A stretch of DNA of 64,000 bases from Bacteroidota bacterium (GTDB lineage: Bacteria > Bacteroidota > Bacteroidia > UKL13-3): the NCBI GenBank assembly GCA_947457395.1, contig CANGVA010000003.1, positions 2,063-66,062 on the forward strand, in the 5' to 3' direction. The position numbers were made by a program, and so were the translations under genes. The notes beneath the pieces are model-generated. The model made no database searches and had not been told where the DNA came from. It worked only from the letters and a program-made list of their open reading frames with translations. Below are positions 28,320 through 37,206 of this stretch, one piece after another. Each line of letters starts with the position of its first letter. The stretch's first letter is position 1.

Positions 28320-28349
28320 CCCCGCCTTAGTGCGGGGTTATTTGTTTTT
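28320..28349 (+). terminator. Rho-independent terminator after the 1990-aa gene (overlaps the convergent tsaB stop)
   Basis: CCCCGC-CTTAGT-GCGGGG followed by TTATTTGTTTTT. Confidence 0.65.
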
Positions 28350-29018
28350 AGGTGTAGTGCCTACAAAATCTTTCAAGTAATAAGGTTCAACATACGCCAC
28401 ATCTTCAAACCGTTTTTGGACAAAAGCAGCCTCAGCCAGTGCAGCCATTCCGCTTGCAGAGCATTGTATGTTTGCCAGGTAATGCAAATTGGGGTGCATA
28501 AGTGTAGCAACACATTTGGCAGCACCATTGCCAAAATAATAGGAAGGAAATTGCATAGAAGCAAAGCTACTTTCATCTATGATATGGGCGTGGGTGGCTG
28601 TGCTTTCTTCAAGTAAATGATTGTAAGCGGCCGTGAATACCTCCATGCGTCTGGCATCAATCATGGGAATCAGTGTATATGGTTTTTTGGAGCTGATTTG
28701 CTTTTGGGCCAAAGCTGCCAGTGCCTGTAAGGTAGGAACCGCAATAAGTGGCTTATCCAATGCATAGCATAAACCCTTGGCTGTGCTAATGCCCACGCGC
28801 AATCCGGTATAACTTCCCGGCCCTTTGCTTATCGCAACCGCATCCAGTTGGTTAAATGTATGGCCGTTTTCTTTTAATATCTCATCAATCAGCGGAGATA
28901 GCAATGAAGCGTGCCTGTTGGGTTCTGCTATTTCTTTTACTGCCCATGCATGACCATCTCTGCTCAGGCAAACTGAGCAAACTTCAGTGGATGTTTCTAT
29001 ACATAGTATTAAACCCAT
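28338..29018 (-). CDS. tsaB: tRNA threonylcarbamoyladenosine (t6A) biosynthesis protein TsaB
   Basis: N-terminus LILCIETSTEVCSVCL, then ISKGPGSYTGLRVGISTAKGL. YeaZ/TsaB family size. Confidence 0.85.
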   Translation of the reverse strand: MGLILCIETSTEVCSVCLSRDGHAWAVKEIAEPNRHASLLSPLIDEILKENGHTFNQLDAVAISKGPGSYTGLRVGISTAKGLCYALDKPLIAVPTLQALAALAQKQISSKKPYTLIPMIDARRMEVFTAAYNHLLEESTATHAHIIDESSFASMQFPSYYFGNGAAKCVATLMHPNLHYLANIQCSASGMAALAEAAFVQKRFEDVAYVEPYYLKDFVGTTPKNK

Positions 29019-29161
29019 GCGGCAAACTTAGGCAAGTGCCTGCAAAAAAAATCTATCAGGCAGCATGCTTAGCCGTTCTTCTGCATAAAAATAGCTGTTT
29101 CAGGGGCTTAGCAAATAAATAAGCAAGGTTTGTGTAATTCATTTAAATTCGCCTGACAACT

Positions 29162-30868
29162 ATGAGTAAACGCTGGATACCAAAACCTGAACCCGATAAC
29201 CAAACCTTGGAGCACTTGTCTGCAGGCATCAACCTCAACAAAACGCTCACAGGCATTTTGGTGCAGCGTGGTATACATACTTTTGATCAGGCAAAAAAGT
29301 TTTTCAGACCGCAGTATGAAGACCTGCATGACCCTTTTTTAATGAAGGGCATGAAAACAGCAGTGGATCGCATTAAAACCGCTATCAGCAATCAGGAAAA
29401 AATTCTGGTTTATGGTGATTATGATGTAGATGGTACAACATCTGTTGCAACGGTTTTTGGTTTTTTTAAAGATTATACCTCGCAAATTGACTACTATATT
29501 CCGGATAGGTATACCGAAGGTTATGGCATTTCTTTTATGTCTATTGACTGGGCAAGCACCAATGGATTTAAACTCATCATTGCGCTTGATTGTGGTATCA
29601 AGTCTATTGATAAAGTGAAGTATGCAAATGACAGAGGAATTGATTTTATTATTTGTGATCACCATTTACCGGGCGAAGAAATACCCGCTGCAGTTGCGGT
29701 TTTAAATCCCAAACAATCTGATTGTACTTACCCGTTTAAGGAACTATCGGGTTGTGGCATTGGCTTTAAGCTCATACAGGCTTATGCTGCAGCTCATCAG
29801 ATTGTATTCTCAGCTATTGAGAAATATATTGATCTGGTAGCTGTTTCCATTTCTGCCGATTTGGTGCCTATTCTGGATGAGAACCGCATCCTGGTTCATT
29901 ACGGACTGAAGAAACTAAAGCACAATCCCAATAATGGATTAAAAGCTTTGCTTGAAACATATGCAGAGCGACCCGATTATCAGGTGAGTGATGTGGTTTT
30001 CTTTATTGGTCCGCGTATTAATGCAGCAGGTCGCATAGCAGATGCCAAGGATTCAGTGCGGCTTATGATTTCGGATAATACAGATGAGGCAAGGAAAATT
30101 GCCAACCTGGTAAATCAGCACAATACCGAGCGCAGAAGTTTTGATTTATCGATAACTGAACAGGCGTTTGATATGATTGAAAAGGATGCCGCATTTCACG
30201 AAAGAAAATCAACTGTACTTTTTCATAGGGAGTGGCATAAAGGGGTGATTGGAATTGTAGCTTCCCGACTCATAGAAAAATATTACCGTCCCACCATTGT
30301 GTTAACAGAATCAAACGGCATGGCCACCGGTTCGGCACGTTCAGTAGATGGGTTTGATTTATACAACGCCATTGAGGCCTGCAGTGATTTGCTGGAGCAA
30401 TACGGAGGACATACCCATGCAGCCGGACTTACACTTAAAATTGATAATGTACCTGCCTTTTCTCAAAAATTTGAAACAGTTGTTTCAGGCAGCATTAAAG
30501 AGCGAAGCCTTACTCCGGAAATTGAATATGATGCAGAAATACCGTTGAGGGCTATTTCTCCAAAATTTTTCAGTGTGTTAAAGCAATTTTCACCTTTTGG
30601 TCCGGGTAATATGAATCCGGTATTTATGAGTAAAAATGTGTGGGATGTAGGTGATGTGATGATTGTAGGAAACAATCATTTAAAAATGAGTTTAACACAG
30701 GAAGAGGGTGGACGTATATTTAAAGCCATTGCATTTGGCTTAGGAGAGCACTATGACAAAGTTTCACAAGGCATATCATTTGATATTTGTTATACAATAG
30801 AAGAAAACCATTTCAACGGGCATGTAAATCTTCAGCTCAATATTAAAGACATTACCTTCAGAAGCTGA
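29162..30868 (+). CDS. recJ: single-stranded-DNA-specific exonuclease RecJ
   Basis: DHH family motifs YGDYDVDGTTS, ICDHHLP, GGHTHAAG. Typical length. Confidence 0.9.
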   Translation: MSKRWIPKPEPDNQTLEHLSAGINLNKTLTGILVQRGIHTFDQAKKFFRPQYEDLHDPFLMKGMKTAVDRIKTAISNQEKILVYGDYDVDGTTSVATVFGFFKDYTSQIDYYIPDRYTEGYGISFMSIDWASTNGFKLIIALDCGIKSIDKVKYANDRGIDFIICDHHLPGEEIPAAVAVLNPKQSDCTYPFKELSGCGIGFKLIQAYAAAHQIVFSAIEKYIDLVAVSISADLVPILDENRILVHYGLKKLKHNPNNGLKALLETYAERPDYQVSDVVFFIGPRINAAGRIADAKDSVRLMISDNTDEARKIANLVNQHNTERRSFDLSITEQAFDMIEKDAAFHERKSTVLFHREWHKGVIGIVASRLIEKYYRPTIVLTESNGMATGSARSVDGFDLYNAIEACSDLLEQYGGHTHAAGLTLKIDNVPAFSQKFETVVSGSIKERSLTPEIEYDAEIPLRAISPKFFSVLKQFSPFGPGNMNPVFMSKNVWDVGDVMIVGNNHLKMSLTQEEGGRIFKAIAFGLGEHYDKVSQGISFDICYTIEENHFNGHVNLQLNIKDITFRS

Positions 30869-30883
30869 TGAATTTATTGTAAT

Positions 30884-30911
30884 AAAAAACCCCGCACGTG
30901 CGGGGTTTTTT
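30884..30911. terminator. Bidirectional Rho-independent terminator between convergent recJ and the DUF2795 gene
   Basis: AAAAAACCCCGCACGTGCGGGGTTTTTT: a perfect 8-bp palindromic stem flanked by an A-run and a T-run. Confidence 0.85.
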
Positions 30912-30912
30912 A

Positions 30913-31134
30913 TTACAATTCGTCTTCGTTGTAAAAATAATCTTCGTTGGTTGGGTAATCCGGCCAAACTTCTTCAATACTTTCAAACGGCTCACCATCG
31001 TCTTCAAGCTCCTGCAGGTTTTCAATAACCTCCAGCGGTGCTCCTGAGCGTATCGCGTAATCTATTAATTCATCTTTCGTTGCCGGCCAGGGCGCATCAT
31101 CCAGGTAGGAAGCCAATTCAAGTGTCCAGTACAT
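30913..31134 (-). CDS. DUF2795-like small acidic protein
   Basis: PATKDELIDYAIRSGAPLEVIENLQELEDD matches my recollection of DUF2795. Start at the ATG at 31134 (MYWTLELASYL). Confidence 0.6.
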   Translation of the reverse strand: MYWTLELASYLDDAPWPATKDELIDYAIRSGAPLEVIENLQELEDDGEPFESIEEVWPDYPTNEDYFYNEDEL

Positions 31135-31223
31135 AGTGGTATCTTTTTCTAAACGCGAATATAAAATTATTGGTATTTGAACGTATAAAATTTTCGCAAT
31201 GTGCAAAAGATGTTTAAATGCCT

Positions 31224-32294
31224 TTAAATGAGGATGTTTTGTATGGTTTTTTGCTTATTGATTTTGTCACCCGCTGTTTTTACAAATGCTTTGGCTACCA
31301 AAAACGCTTTTGGAACAGCATAAGCAGAAATATTTTTTTGGATGGCGCCTTTCCATTGTTCAAGGATTTTTTCATCAGGTAAATTACCTTCAAACACGGC
31401 AATAATTTTTTCTCCCAGTTTTTCATCAGGCACTGCAGTTACAAAAAACGTAAGTTGAGGTGCCAGTTGCTCAAGCCATATTTCAATTTCTCTGATATGA
31501 AACTTAATGCCTCCGCTATTCACCACTTCATCTGCTCTGCCAATAATAAAAAAATGTGTTTCATCTACTATTGTTGCCATATCATTTGTAGCTAACCATT
31601 GGTTATGTGTTGCAACATTGTTTATACCTAAACAACCACGTTCATCGAGTTTAATACGTGTGCCGGGCAAGGTTTGGTATGCAGTATCTTTTACATTTCT
31701 GAGTGCAATATGACTAATGGTTTCTGTCATACCATAGGTATGCCAAACAGATGCGGTGCATGTGGTTAGTATATTATTGAGCTTACCTGCTACATGTGCA
31801 CCACCAATGAGTATGTGTTTAAACCGGTTTAGTTTTTGCAGCAATGCGCTGCTGTTTTCTTCTAATAGGGTAGCCAGTTGCAAAGGCACAAATGAGGCAA
31901 ACGTATAGTTATGTTCTACCGGAAGTTGATAAAGGATTTGTGCGGAGGGCTCTATAAGCGAAACTCGGCAGCCCAATACCATGGCTCTTACCAGCATCAT
32001 GGCACCACCAATCATGTGCGGGTTTATACAAAGTAGAATGTGTTCGGTTGAATTGAGATGCAAGGCATCGATGGTATTTTGTGCGCTCCATAACATCTGC
32101 TCGCGACTCACCTCTATGGCTTTGGGAGTGCCTGTAGAACCTGATGTATGAAAGATAAAACTGCTTGTTCCTTGTAACCACTGTTTGCAAAACGTAAGCG
32201 CAAAACGGCCTGTTTCGCTATACGATTGAAAGCGGATTTCATCAGCTTTTTTTAATTCATCCCAGCTAAAATTGGTATCTTGCGCGTGTATCAT
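31224..32294 (-). CDS. Short AMP-binding (adenylate-forming) enzyme, O-succinylbenzoate-CoA ligase-like
   Basis: AMP-binding motifs FHTSGSTGTPKAI and YGMTET. At about 356 aa it has the short MenE-like format seen in Bacteroidota. Start moved to the ATG at 32294 (MIHAQDT...). Confidence 0.6.
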   Translation of the reverse strand: MIHAQDTNFSWDELKKADEIRFQSYSETGRFALTFCKQWLQGTSSFIFHTSGSTGTPKAIEVSREQMLWSAQNTIDALHLNSTEHILLCINPHMIGGAMMLVRAMVLGCRVSLIEPSAQILYQLPVEHNYTFASFVPLQLATLLEENSSALLQKLNRFKHILIGGAHVAGKLNNILTTCTASVWHTYGMTETISHIALRNVKDTAYQTLPGTRIKLDERGCLGINNVATHNQWLATNDMATIVDETHFFIIGRADEVVNSGGIKFHIREIEIWLEQLAPQLTFFVTAVPDEKLGEKIIAVFEGNLPDEKILEQWKGAIQKNISAYAVPKAFLVAKAFVKTAGDKINKQKTIQNILI

Positions 32295-32307
32295 CACATG
32301 CAAAGTA

Positions 32308-32793
32308 ATGACAATTGATATTATTTTATGGTTATTCGTTTTTCTGCTTTTTCTGGCAGGTTGTGCAGGTAGCTTTTTACCCTTATTACCAGGACCACCA
32401 TTGGCATATGCCGGATTGTGGTTAACCACATTTACTACACAACATCCCATTGGTTACACAGCGTTGGTATGGTATGGCGTACTAACCATTTGTATAGTTG
32501 TATTGGATTATTTCTTACCGGCATGGAGCACCAAGCTTTCCGGTGGTACCAAGGCAGGAGCCAGAGGTGCTTTATATGGTACGTTTATTGGCATGCTTAT
32601 ACCCGTACCGCTGGGTATGTTTTTAGGAGCCTTTGTTGGGGCTTATTTTGGAGAACGTTATGCCGGCAAAAATGAAAAACAAGCATTGATTGCTGCTGCA
32701 GCCAGTTTTATCGGATTTATGGCAGGCTCGCTTATGAAGTTGTTATTTTGCGTATTGATGGGTCTGCACTTGTTACTGAGTTTGCTGCTATAG
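32308..32793 (+). CDS. DUF456-family membrane protein
   Basis: Four hydrophobic helices. The N-terminus GSFLPLLPGPPLAYAGLW is typical of DUF456 (from memory). Start at the ATG at 32308. Confidence 0.55.
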   Translation: MTIDIILWLFVFLLFLAGCAGSFLPLLPGPPLAYAGLWLTTFTTQHPIGYTALVWYGVLTICIVVLDYFLPAWSTKLSGGTKAGARGALYGTFIGMLIPVPLGMFLGAFVGAYFGERYAGKNEKQALIAAAASFIGFMAGSLMKLLFCVLMGLHLLLSLLL

Positions 32794-33513
32794 ATCAGAC
32801 TTAGCTAACTTTTTTCGCTCAGCCTCCTGCATTTCTTCAAATGCAATTCCCTTGGTTATATCAAACATATCTAGTAAAAATTGAGTGTATTTTATTTTTT
32901 GCCCTTTGGCCATAAACTTCTGTTCGTAATAGGTTTTAATTTCCCTGAGGTAGGCAGATGCATTGGGGTTGTGGTGCACATCATGGTCAATGGCTAAGGG
33001 AGTAATACCTACTTGTGGCAACATTTCTATTGTAAAATGAAACAACTCATCAGAGTCGGTTTTAAAGTTAACCAACCCACCGGGTTTTAAGATTTGCTTG
33101 TATAGCGTTAAATATCTGGGATGTGTTAAGCGGTGTTTGGCATGACGCAGTTTGGGAAAAGGGTCGGGAAAGGTTATCCAAATTTCATCTACTTCTGCCT
33201 GCTCAAAAACCTCTGTAATTTTATACATGAGTAAACGAGCAAATGTAACATTGTACAAACCTTGTTCTTTTGCAATGCCCGCACCACGCCACATACGGTT
33301 ACTTTTAATATCAATGCCAATAAAGTTTTTATCAGGAAAGGCAGCAGCCAATGAAACGGAATATTCGCCCTTGCCGCAACCCAATTCCACTACAATGGGA
33401 TTATTGTTTTTAAATACATCACTTCGCCATTTCCCTTTTAATTCATAAGGAAAATCAAAACAATGATCGAACTGCTTAAACTCCGCAAAACGTCTGATTT
33501 TATCTTTAGGCAT
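32788..33513 (-). CDS. trmB: tRNA (guanine46-N7)-methyltransferase
   Basis: SAM motif VELGCGKGEY, WITFPDPFPK and KHRL motifs. Start at the ATG at 33513 (MPKDKIRRFAEF). The upstream 72 codons in the ORF track merely translate tandem repeats. Confidence 0.9.
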   Translation of the reverse strand: MPKDKIRRFAEFKQFDHCFDFPYELKGKWRSDVFKNNNPIVVELGCGKGEYSVSLAAAFPDKNFIGIDIKSNRMWRGAGIAKEQGLYNVTFARLLMYKITEVFEQAEVDEIWITFPDPFPKLRHAKHRLTHPRYLTLYKQILKPGGLVNFKTDSDELFHFTIEMLPQVGITPLAIDHDVHHNPNASAYLREIKTYYEQKFMAKGQKIKYTQFLLDMFDITKGIAFEEMQEAERKKLAKSDL

Positions 33514-33574
33514 ACGGCTGCAAATAAATAAAAAAAGAATGGAGAAGCGAGAGACGAGAAACGAGACAAAAGAA

Positions 33575-33664
33575 GAAAGACCGCTACGCTCAAAGAGGAA
33601 AGACAAAAGACCGCTGTACTCAAAGAGGAAAGACAAAAGACCGCTGTACTCAAAGAGGAAAGAT
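33575..33664 (-). repeat. Three tandem copies of a 30-bp unit (GACCGCTGTACTCAAAGAGGAAAGACAAAA on the + strand)
   Basis: The period is exactly 30 bp (33581, 33611, 33641). One inverted copy is present at 39455-39490. Confidence 0.9.
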
Positions 33665-33679
33665 GCGAGAGATGAAACA

Positions 33680-34016
33680 GAATTTTCTAACCTTCTAATC
33701 ATTAACCCGCAATCACAAACCGCAATCATTAACCCGCCATATCAAATCTTTCAATCTTTTAATTTTTCAATCTTCTAATAACAAACCCGCAATCACAAAC
33801 CCGTAATCATTAACCCGCCATATCAAATTTTTCAATCTTCTAATAACAAACCCGCAATCACAAACCCGTAATCATTAACCCGCCATATCAAATCTTTCAA
33901 TCTTCTAATAATTAACCCGCAATAAATAACACTTAATAACAAACTCGCAATATTTAACCCGTAATAATTAACCCGCAATCTCTAATCCTTCAATCTTCTC
34001 CTAACAAACGTAACCC
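33680..34016 (-). repeat. Tandem array of a 65-bp unit (about four copies, plus degenerate ends), starting directly after the stop codon of the HAD gene
   Basis: Unit CAATCTTCTAATAACAAACCCGCAATCACAAACCCGTAATCATTAACCCGCCATATCAAATTTTT, with copies starting at 33768, 33833 and 33898. The + strand is G-poor. Related modules occur at 39372-39440 (inverted) and 42439-42588. Confidence 0.9.
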
Positions 34017-34640
34017 CTACTTCGCAAGTGCTCCTTTTAGTTGTTTCCAGAGATCTTCACCCAGCGGCTCATGTGCATGCAATGTGTTTAATCCTGCAGA
34101 TGCTGCTCCTTTTATATTGGCCAAACTATCATCAACAAATAAGCATTGTTCCGGTTGCGTTCGAATATCAGCGGTTACAAATTCATAAATATCGGTATTG
34201 GGTTTGCGTAGTCCTATTTCATAGGAATAATATATCTTATCAAATAATTGAACCCACCTTTCCGGCTTATATTGCTGCATGAAGTAGGCGTTAAATGCAT
34301 CAATATGAATGCTATTGGTATTACTTAATAAATATACCTTATGCGTTTTTCTGAGATGCTCAATTGCTTTCAGCCTGTGCTCAGGCAAATCGAGTAGCAT
34401 GGCGTTCCATGCTTTATCAATTGCTATATCTGATGTCTCTTCATTTAAATGGGTTTTTATGCCCGATCTAAAATCTGATGCAGTTATTTTTCCTGTTTCA
34501 AAATCCGTAAAAATGCTGCTGTTAAAATTTACTTCCGATAAATCCAGGCCTAAGCGCTGAAATGCACGAAGTGTGAGGTCCTGATTAAGATTCAGAATTA
34601 CACCGCCCAAATCGAAAATAACTGTAGATATTGTTGACAT
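34017..34640 (-). CDS. HAD-superfamily hydrolase (subfamily IA-like)
   Basis: Motif I VIFDLGGVIL. Motif IV LFVDDSLANIKGA. Start at the ATG at 34640 (MSTISTV). The longer ORF-track version reads through the tRNA trailer repeats. Confidence 0.8.
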   Translation of the reverse strand: MSTISTVIFDLGGVILNLNQDLTLRAFQRLGLDLSEVNFNSSIFTDFETGKITASDFRSGIKTHLNEETSDIAIDKAWNAMLLDLPEHRLKAIEHLRKTHKVYLLSNTNSIHIDAFNAYFMQQYKPERWVQLFDKIYYSYEIGLRKPNTDIYEFVTADIRTQPEQCLFVDDSLANIKGAASAGLNTLHAHEPLGEDLWKQLKGALAK

Positions 34641-34761
34641 AGTACTACCTAAATTAATGTTTGCAGGATAGTTTATCTGAGAGGTCGTCCGAAGGTGTTT
34701 GCCCCTAAAAAACTTACCTCCGCAATTCGGGATAAACTTCTTCCCCAATAACGGTTTTTTT

Positions 34762-34796
34762 AAATAAAAAAACCGGGTCAGCCTGCGCTGCCCGGT
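34762..34796 (-). terminator. Rho-independent terminator (duplicated copy)
   Basis: On the minus strand: ACCGGGCAGCGCAGGCTGACCCGGT followed by TTTTTTT. Confidence 0.7.
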
Positions 34797-34890
34797 CCCA
34801 CGTTGTGGGCCCACTTGGGATTCCCGAGTGCCTTAGCTGCGCTTACCTCCGCAATTCGGGATAAACTTCTTCCCCAATAACGGTTTTTTT

Positions 34891-34925
34891 AAATAAAAAA
34901 ACCGGGTCAGCCTGCGCTGCCCGGT
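34891..34925 (-). terminator. Rho-independent terminator directly downstream of tRNA-Met
   Basis: The same hairpin, ACCGGGCAGC-GCAG-GCTGACCCGGT, plus a T7 run, 10 nt after the tRNA 3' end. Confidence 0.75.
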
Positions 34926-34934
34926 CCCACGTTG

Positions 34935-35008
34935 TGGGCCCACTTGGGATCGAACCAAGCACCCCCTGATTATGAGTCAGATGCTCTAACCGAATGAGCT
35001 ATGGGCCC
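34935..35008 (-). tRNA. tRNA with anticodon CAT (elongator Met, or Ile2 if lysidine-modified); CCA not encoded
   Basis: Reverse complement: GGGCCCA TA GCTC ATTCGGTTA GAGC A TCTGA CTCATAA TCAGG GGGTG CTTGG TTCGATC CCAAG TGGGCCC A. G1-C72 is paired, so this is not an initiator tRNA. Confidence 0.9.
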
Positions 35009-35063
35009 TAAATGAAAAACGGGATGCGAAAATATATCTTTTCGCTTATTAATCAAACCCGGT

Positions 35064-37115
35064 TCAATATTTCAATAATTCTTCTATTTTCTCTGCTACC
35101 TTCTCTGCATTGGGCAACATGGCTGCCTCCAAACCCATATTCAGTGCTACAGCCGGTAAATTTTTTGAGCCAACCGTTGCTACCGGTGCATCCAGGTATC
35201 GGAAGCACTGCTGTGAAATGCGGCCTGCAAGCGATTCGGCAAACGAGTTAAGTAATGGCTCCTCTGTTACAATCATTACCTTACCGTGCTTCTTTGCCAT
35301 TTGCATAATCATGTCCTCATCCAGTGGCTGCAATGAACGCAGGTCTAACACTTCAACACTGCCATTAAATCTTTTAGCTGCAGCCATGCTCCAGTATACC
35401 CCCATTCCCCAGGTTATTATAGCACATGATTGGCCATTATCTGCTGCATCATCCGTTGCCTCCAATACAATTTGTGCCTTGCCAAATGGTAATATATAAT
35501 CTTCATCCGGTTCAATGCATTTTGCACCTTCCGTTCCCGGATTTTTACTCCAGTACAATCCCTTATGCTCTAACATAATGACCGGATTCCCATCATAATA
35601 GGCTGCCTTCATCAAGCCCTTCATATCAGCAGCATTGCTTGGATAAGCTATTTTTATTCCTTTAAGCGTAAGCAAAGTAGATTCAATACTTCCGCTGTGG
35701 TAAGGACCACCGCCTCCATAGGCACCAATGGGTATGCGAATAATGGCGCTTACCGGATATTTTCCCATGGTTAGGTAGCACGATTTGGTTATTTCACATA
35801 CCAGCTGATTTACTCCGGTCCACACATAATCGGCAAACTGAATTTCTACAATCGGCTTCACACCCACGGCACTCATACCAACCGTAGAGCCTACAATATA
35901 TGCTTCTTGTATGGGTGTATTAAACACGCGGTTATCGCCATATTTTTTGGCCAAGGTAGCCGCTTCGCGAAAAACCCCACCTAAACGTGCACCCACATCC
36001 TGCCCGTAAAAAATACACTCCGGATGCTTTGCCATCAACTCATCCACGGCATGTAATGCCGCATCCACCATCACCACCGGTTCTTTTCCATTGGGTTTAC
36101 GGTTGCCTGTTTCCTCCGTTGCTCCGCTTGGTGTAAACACATGCTCTTCAACCGTTGCAGGGTCTGGCTCTGCAGCTTCTACAGCCTGCTTAAATTGTTG
36201 ATCAACTTTATTGGCAGCGTCTTTTTCAATTTCAATTAACTCTTTTTCTTCCAATCCTATCTCAAGTAACAGCTTGCGCATTTTGGGAATGGGATCATCT
36301 TTGGCGTGTTTTTCCAAATCATCTTCACTTCGGTACCATTCCTTTCTAACGCCTGATGTATGATGCCCCAACAAAGGAATACGCGCATGAACCAATATGG
36401 GCTTTCTGTTATTTCTTACATAATCAATAGCTTCTGTCATGGCTTCATAGGCCTCAACAAAATCACTTCCATCAACCCGCATGCGTTTTAATCCTTTAAA
36501 GCCTGCTGCATACTCATAGGCATCCATGGCACGCATTTCATCTGCACTGGCCGAAATTCCCCACTCGTTATCCTGCACCAGATAGATAATGGGCAGCTGC
36601 TTAAGTACAGCCATTTGAAAAGCCTCGGCAACCTCCCCTTCTGTTACTGAGCCATCTCCGAAAGAACAAAGCACTACCGGATATTCTCCTTTTTTATTAA
36701 TTCCTTCACGCTCTTTATAAGCTATGCCATGAGCCATGCCGGTGGCCGGAATGGCCTGCATACCAGTGGCGCTGCTTTGGTGTGGCATTTTCGGGAACTC
36801 TTCTCTGTTTAGGCTGGGATGTGCATAATACGTGCGTCCACCGGAAAACGGATCATCCGCTTTGCCCAACAATTGCAGCATTAACTCATACGGACTAAGC
36901 CCCATACCCAACAGCATGGATTCATCACGATAGTAGGGTGCGGCATAATCATAAGGTTTCAGCTGCATGCCTGTAGCCAACTGTATGGCTTCATGTCCCT
37001 TGGAAGTGGAGTGCACATACTTGCAAATATTGCGGTTGGCATCATACATTTCTGCCATAGCCCTTGCCGTGCACATCAGGGAGTAAGCCTCTATTAATAT
37101 ATCTTTTTTAACCAT
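35064..37115 (-). CDS. 2-oxoacid dehydrogenase E1 component, fused alpha/beta subunits (TPP-dependent)
   Basis: TPP-binding GDGSVTEGEVAEAFQMA in the N-terminal half and a transketolase-like pyrimidine-binding and C-terminal domain in the second half. At 683 aa it is a fused form, which I recall being common in Bacteroidota. Confidence 0.85.
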   Translation of the reverse strand: MVKKDILIEAYSLMCTARAMAEMYDANRNICKYVHSTSKGHEAIQLATGMQLKPYDYAAPYYRDESMLLGMGLSPYELMLQLLGKADDPFSGGRTYYAHPSLNREEFPKMPHQSSATGMQAIPATGMAHGIAYKEREGINKKGEYPVVLCSFGDGSVTEGEVAEAFQMAVLKQLPIIYLVQDNEWGISASADEMRAMDAYEYAAGFKGLKRMRVDGSDFVEAYEAMTEAIDYVRNNRKPILVHARIPLLGHHTSGVRKEWYRSEDDLEKHAKDDPIPKMRKLLLEIGLEEKELIEIEKDAANKVDQQFKQAVEAAEPDPATVEEHVFTPSGATEETGNRKPNGKEPVVMVDAALHAVDELMAKHPECIFYGQDVGARLGGVFREAATLAKKYGDNRVFNTPIQEAYIVGSTVGMSAVGVKPIVEIQFADYVWTGVNQLVCEITKSCYLTMGKYPVSAIIRIPIGAYGGGGPYHSGSIESTLLTLKGIKIAYPSNAADMKGLMKAAYYDGNPVIMLEHKGLYWSKNPGTEGAKCIEPDEDYILPFGKAQIVLEATDDAADNGQSCAIITWGMGVYWSMAAAKRFNGSVEVLDLRSLQPLDEDMIMQMAKKHGKVMIVTEEPLLNSFAESLAGRISQQCFRYLDAPVATVGSKNLPAVALNMGLEAAMLPNAEKVAEKIEELLKY

Positions 37116-37206
37116 GATAAAGTGGCAAGTTTACTAAACCTATCGGCAAATACATAACAGAAAATTAATCTGTAATTGGTAAGCTTAGATTTATATTTTT
37201 GTATGC

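Larger units (their letters stand above)
34713..34950 (-). repeat. Two direct copies (34713-34821 and 34842-34950) of a 109-bp unit comprising the last 16 nt of tRNA-Met plus its trailer and terminator
   Basis: The copies are identical by eye and are separated by a 20-bp spacer (TCCCGAGTGCCTTAGCTGCG). Only the second copy continues into a complete tRNA. Confidence 0.85.

Noticed and set aside
32788-33729. A 313-aa ORF-track version of trmB with an N-terminal SFLFEYSGLLSFLFEYSGLL extension, plus the 64-aa ORF at 39368-39562 with the same peptide motif
   Set aside because: Both peptide stretches are just translations of the DNA repeat family. The motif appears on opposite strands at the two loci. 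TrmB homology starts at MPKDKIRRF (ATG at 33513).
33575-34016. Regularly spaced 30-bp and 65-bp repeats that might be a CRISPR array
   Set aside because: The units are directly tandem with no unique spacers between them, and the repeats are not palindromic. There are no cas genes in the window, and partial copies occur singly at two other gene ends. This is a tandem or dispersed repeat family, not CRISPR.
34641-34814. N-terminal extension of the HAD hydrolase ORF (MGPQRGTGQRRLTRFFYLKK...)
   Set aside because: It reads through the duplicated tRNA 3' fragment and terminator hairpin. The HAD motif I (FDLGGV) lies right after the internal ATG at 34640.
34713-35008. tRNA-Met 3' duplication (and the tRNA-Arg 5' duplication at 362-512) as the attL/attR of a resident prophage or integrative element
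   Set aside because: Only 20 bp (Met) and 78 bp (Arg) lie between the copies, and no integrase or phage genes are nearby. At best they are scars, and they are reported as such rather than as mobile elements.
35012-35499. Plus-strand ORFs of 79 aa and 129 aa next to tRNA-Met
   Set aside because: They overlap the 3' end of the well-supported E1 dehydrogenase gene on the opposite strand and have no recognisable domains.
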